64,000 nucleotides of DNA from contig JAAWTG010000004.1 of assembly GCA_022801925.1 (NCBI GenBank), positions 19,590 to 83,589 of the forward strand, in the 5' to 3' direction. Shown one piece after another: positions 60,180 to 64,000 of the stretch. The number at the start of each line of letters is the position of its first letter. The stretch's first letter is position 1. The DNA is from Clostridia bacterium. GTDB taxonomy: Bacteria; Bacillota; Clostridia; RUG12999. The translations under genes and the position numbers were made by a program. The notes under the pieces are model-generated. The model made no database searches. It had not been told where the DNA came from and worked only from the letters and a program-made list of their open reading frames with translations.

Positions 60180-61523
60180 ATGGGATTGGTAACATTAGAT
60201 TATTCCAGAGCAGTGAAAAAAAGTGAAATGAAAAATGTTTGGGCGCTGGTGGAAGCAGCGCACAAAACGCTGACAGACAAAACAGGCGCAGGCAACGATT
60301 TTTTGGGCTGGGTTGATTTGCCGCTGGACTATGATAAAGAAGAGTATGACCGCATCAAAAAAGCGGCGGCAAAAATTCAAAATGATTCTGAAGTGCTGGT
60401 TGTTGTGGGAATCGGCGGTTCTTATTTGGGTGCGCGCGCGGTGATTGAAGGACTGACAAGTTCTTTTTATAACATGATGGAGAAGCAGCAACGCAAAACG
60501 CCGCAGATTATCTTTGCAGGAAATTCCATCAGCGGAACCTATTTGGCAGATGTGATGGATTTTGTGAAAGATAAAGATTTTTCTGTCAATATCATTTCAA
60601 AATCCGGTACCACAACAGAACCGGCAATTGCGTTTCGTATGCTGAAAAAAATGCTGGAAGAAAAATATGGTGAGGAAGGTGCGCGGGAGCGTATCTATGC
60701 AACGACGGATAAGGCGCGCGGCGCGCTGAAAAACCTCTGTGATACCATGGGATATGAAACATTTGTCATTCCGGACGATGTAGGCGGACGGTACAGCGTA
60801 TTGACCGCAGTGGGACTGCTGCCGATTGCTGCTGCCGGCATTGATACAGATGCGCTGATGGCAGGCGCGGCGCAGGCGCGCGAAGCATATCGGGAACCTA
60901 CTATGGATAACGATTGCTATTTATATGCGGCTGCACGCAATATCCTCTACGCCAAAGGGAGAAGCATTGAAATTATGGCAAATTATGAACCGGCGCTGCA
61001 CTATTTTGGAGAGTGGTTCAAACAACTCTATGGAGAAAGCGAAGGAAAAGATAACAAGGGGATTTTCCCGGCAGCAGTGGATTTGTCCACAGATTTGCAT
61101 TCCATGGGGCAGTATATTCAAGAAGGCCGCCGGCAGATGTTTGAAACAGTGCTGAATGTGGAAAAACCGAAACGGGAACTGGAGATTTTTGAGGACGCCG
61201 ACAATGTGGACGGACTTAATTTTCTGGCAGGAAAAACCGTTGATTATGTCAACAAAAAAGCGTGTCAGGGAACCATGTTGGCGCACACAGACGGCAACGT
61301 GCCCAATCTTTTGCTGAATATTCCGGAAATGGATGCGCATTCTCTGGGCGCAATGATTTATTTCTTTGAAAAAGCTTGCGGTATCAGCGGCTACATGCTG
61401 GGTGTAAATCCGTTTGACCAGCCGGGTGTGGAAGCCTATAAGAAAAACATGTTTGCACTGCTTGGCAAGCCCGGTTATGAAGAAATGAAAAATGAATTAG
61501 AAAAAAGACTGAAAAATGCTTGA
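60180..61523 (+). CDS. pgi: Glucose-6-phosphate isomerase
   Basis: [41 protein letters not shown]; ATG 60180. Confidence 0.97.
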   Translation: MGLVTLDYSRAVKKSEMKNVWALVEAAHKTLTDKTGAGNDFLGWVDLPLDYDKEEYDRIKKAAAKIQNDSEVLVVVGIGGSYLGARAVIEGLTSSFYNMMEKQQRKTPQIIFAGNSISGTYLADVMDFVKDKDFSVNIISKSGTTTEPAIAFRMLKKMLEEKYGEEGARERIYATTDKARGALKNLCDTMGYETFVIPDDVGGRYSVLTAVGLLPIAAAGIDTDALMAGAAQAREAYREPTMDNDCYLYAAARNILYAKGRSIEIMANYEPALHYFGEWFKQLYGESEGKDNKGIFPAAVDLSTDLHSMGQYIQEGRRQMFETVLNVEKPKRELEIFEDADNVDGLNFLAGKTVDYVNKKACQGTMLAHTDGNVPNLLLNIPEMDAHSLGAMIYFFEKACGISGYMLGVNPFDQPGVEAYKKNMFALLGKPGYEEMKNELEKRLKNA

Positions 61524-61595
61524 ACTATTGTAAAATTTATGTTAAAATAAACCTAAGTTATCGAAACAATACGAAAAATAACGGAGGGATTTGTT

Positions 61596-62006
61596 ATGGT
61601 AAACCTAATTATTGGTAAAAAAGGAACCGGCAAAACGAAACAACTTATAGATAGAGTGAATGCAGCAGTACAGATTGACAAAGGTCATTTGGTGTTCATC
61701 AACAACGGACAGCGTCATGTTTATGATTTAGACCATAAAATCCGTTTGATTGATACGGCTGAATTTAAAATTGATACATATCAGTCTCTGTATGGACTGT
61801 TATGTGGCGTGATGGCGCAGGATTATGATATTTCCAATATCTTTATTGACAGCATTACTAAAATTATTCCGGGTCAGGACATTGCGGATGCAGAATGTGT
61901 ATTTGAGGAATTGGAACATGTTGCGGCAAAAGCAAATGTAAATATCGTTATCACAGCAAGTATTGCTGTGGAGGAAGCGCCGGAATATATTAAAAAATAT
62001 TTATAA
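61596..62006 (+). CDS. Small conserved P-loop protein
   Basis: N-terminal GKKGTGKT and IFIDS; GGAGG RBS. Confidence 0.78.
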   Translation: MVNLIIGKKGTGKTKQLIDRVNAAVQIDKGHLVFINNGQRHVYDLDHKIRLIDTAEFKIDTYQSLYGLLCGVMAQDYDISNIFIDSITKIIPGQDIADAECVFEELEHVAAKANVNIVITASIAVEEAPEYIKKYL

Positions 62007-62025
62007 GGAATATTTGAAACGAATT

Positions 62026-62067
62026 CAAAACGCACGGTGCTTTTTTAACAGCATTCCGTGCGTTTTG
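62026..62067 (+). terminator. Hairpin / terminator
   Basis: caaaacgcacgg...ccgtgcgttttg. Confidence 0.6.
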
Positions 62068-62118
62068 CTTGAAAACGTGTTTCTATAGAAAAGAAAACCC
62101 AGTTTAGGAGGACAATCC

Positions 62119-63612
62119 ATGATTTATCATAGTACAAGAGATACCGGTTTACAGGTTTCTTCCGCGCAAGCAATTGTGAAAGGAATTGCGCCGGACGGCG
62201 GTTTGTTTGTACCAGGGGAGAAACCTAAGATTTCCATTGAGGATATTGCGGGATTGGTAGACAAGAGTTATAGGGAAAAAGCCAAAGGAATTTTGGAACT
62301 GTTTTTGTCTGATTTCACAAAAGAAGAAATTTCAGATTGCGTGGAAAAAGCCTATAATAAAACAAAATTTGAAACGGACAGTATTGCGCCGCTGTATGAA
62401 TTGAACGATGCGGCATATATATTGGAACTGTGGCACGGACCAACTTGCGCGTTTAAAGATATGGCGCTGCAAATTTTGCCGCATTTGATGACAACGTCCA
62501 TGAAAAAAATCGGTATTGATAAACAGGTTGCAATTTTAGTTGCAACGTCCGGCGACACAGGGAAAGCTGCCTTAGAGGGCTTTAAGGATGTGGAAGGCAC
62601 AAAAATTCAAGTGTTTTTCCCAACCGGCGGCGTGAGTGAAATGCAGAAAAAGCAAATGGTGACGCAGGAAGGAAACAACGTTGCTGTGACAAGCGTTAAC
62701 GGCAATTTTGACGATGCGCAGTCCGGTGTAAAAGCGATTTTCGGCGACAAAGAATTTGGCGCGACTTTGGAACAGCGCGGGTCACTGCTTTCTTCAGCGA
62801 ATTCTATCAACTGGGGACGGCTGGTGCCGCAGATTATTTATTATGTTTCCGCCTATTGCGACTTGGTGAAAGCTGATAAAATCAAAGCCGGCGACGCGGT
62901 GAATGTTTGCGTGCCAACAGGAAATTTTGGCAACATTCTGGCAGCGTGGTATGCAAAGGAAATGGGTATTCCGATTCGGAAATTCATTTGTGCGTCCAAT
63001 GAAAACAATGTGTTGACAGACTTCATTCGTACCGGCGTCTATGATAAAAACAGAGCGTTTAAGGCAACGATTTCACCGTCCATGGATATTTTGATTTCCA
63101 GCAATCTGGAACGTTTGTTGTTTGACATCACGGGCGGCGACGAAGGTCGTGTGCGCGAATGGATGCAAGAATTGCAGCAAACAGGACGCTATGAAGTGCC
63201 GCAGGTAACAAAGAATAAATTGAAGGAATATTTCTATGGCGGATTCTGTGATGATGAAGGGACAAAACAGACGATTGCAGAAGTTTGGAAAGAATATAAT
63301 TATCTGATGGATACCCATACTGCGGTCGGATACAGAGTTTACCGTCAATATGTCGAAGAAACTGGCGATACGACCAAGACAATTGTGGCGTCGACCGCAA
63401 ATCCGTTTAAGTTTTGCAGCAGCGTGTTAGAAGCGGTGCAGGGAAAACCGCAAAAGGGAACCGATGAATTTGAGGTTGGGAAAATACTTTCCGAACAGAC
63501 AGGACAAAAGATTCCGGCAGGTTTAGCACAATTGAAAGAAAAAGAAGAACGGTTCAGCGAAGTTTGCGATAAAGACGCAATGAAACAAATTGTAGATAAA
63601 TTTTTGGGGTAA
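62119..63612 (+). CDS. thrC: Threonine synthase
   Basis: Y.STR, APDGGL, HGPTCAFKD, ATSGDTG, SANSINWGR, PTGNFG, SPSMDI..SSNLER. Confidence 0.96.
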   Translation: MIYHSTRDTGLQVSSAQAIVKGIAPDGGLFVPGEKPKISIEDIAGLVDKSYREKAKGILELFLSDFTKEEISDCVEKAYNKTKFETDSIAPLYELNDAAYILELWHGPTCAFKDMALQILPHLMTTSMKKIGIDKQVAILVATSGDTGKAALEGFKDVEGTKIQVFFPTGGVSEMQKKQMVTQEGNNVAVTSVNGNFDDAQSGVKAIFGDKEFGATLEQRGSLLSSANSINWGRLVPQIIYYVSAYCDLVKADKIKAGDAVNVCVPTGNFGNILAAWYAKEMGIPIRKFICASNENNVLTDFIRTGVYDKNRAFKATISPSMDILISSNLERLLFDITGGDEGRVREWMQELQQTGRYEVPQVTKNKLKEYFYGGFCDDEGTKQTIAEVWKEYNYLMDTHTAVGYRVYRQYVEETGDTTKTIVASTANPFKFCSSVLEAVQGKPQKGTDEFEVGKILSEQTGQKIPAGLAQLKEKEERFSEVCDKDAMKQIVDKFLG

Positions 63613-63664
63613 AAAGAGATTGGTCTTTACGTCAAGGCGAAAAGAGCTTGAGGCGTTAGAGCTG

Positions 63665-63698
63665 AAAAGGGATTGACTTTTACGTCAATCCCTTTTTT
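63665..63698. terminator. Bidirectional terminator
   Basis: aaaagggattgac-ttttac-gtcaatcccttttt. Confidence 0.85.
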
Positions 63699-63729
63699 AG
63701 AAAACAACATTTTCAGGAAAATCTAATTT

Positions 63730-63894
63730 TTACTTTTCCTGAAAGGTGTTGCAGCAAGTGTCGCCTGCCTCGTGAGCGTGAGAGCAGTTCACATCAATCG
63801 TCGGTGCAACGCAGTTACAGCCGTTTTCATTATGAACACAAGTTTTTACATTACAGCTTACGCGCGGAATACAGGTACAAGTTTTTTCTTCCAT
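63730..63894 (-). CDS. DUF1540-like small Cys-rich protein (54 aa; not in the ORF track)
   Basis: Hand translation MEEKTCTCIPRVSCNVKTCVHNENGCNCVAPTIDVNCSHAHEAGDTCCNTFQEK*. Confidence 0.8.
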   Translation of the reverse strand: MEEKTCTCIPRVSCNVKTCVHNENGCNCVAPTIDVNCSHAHEAGDTCCNTFQEK

Positions 63895-64000
63895 GCATAT
63901 CAACTCTTTTCTGGAGAATTCTAAATAAAACAGGTTTGCTTATAAAAAACGGCAAATTGCTGCCGGAATATACATGACGATACGATTCATGTACGCACTT

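Overview
64 kb of core and accessory chromosome from a spore-forming, SLH-protein-rich clostridial (Bacillota) bacterium. In order: a Na+-pumping biotin-dependent decarboxylase operon; a Gram-positive polysaccharide-utilisation locus (membrane AraC sensor, sugar ABC permeases and binding protein, two large SLH proteins of unknown function, an SLH-anchored heparinase II/III-type lyase); a CoA-activase/dehydratase-like operon; Mn-catalase; an aroF-aroB-aroA-aroC-pheA-nucleotidyltransferase operon; fucI; a heterodimeric ABC exporter; spore and surface genes; nadK-argR-recN; a 2-oxoacid:ferredoxin oxidoreductase operon; ctpA, purA, pgi and thrC. No rRNA, tRNA, CRISPR, transposase, integrase or reverse transcriptase was seen. 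The best signals are absent from the ORF track: (1) a 42-codon Phe/Tyr-rich leader peptide with terminator and antiterminator upstream of aroF, i.e. a ribosome-dependent attenuator where a T-box would be expected; (2) two ~280-290 bp TA-bounded, two-armed palindromic elements with the same architecture but different sequence; (3) a highly structured, promoter-preceded ~175 nt segment upstream of pgi. The SLH-protein trio in the PUL is the best protein-level candidate for an undescribed system. Family names come from motif recognition, not database searches.
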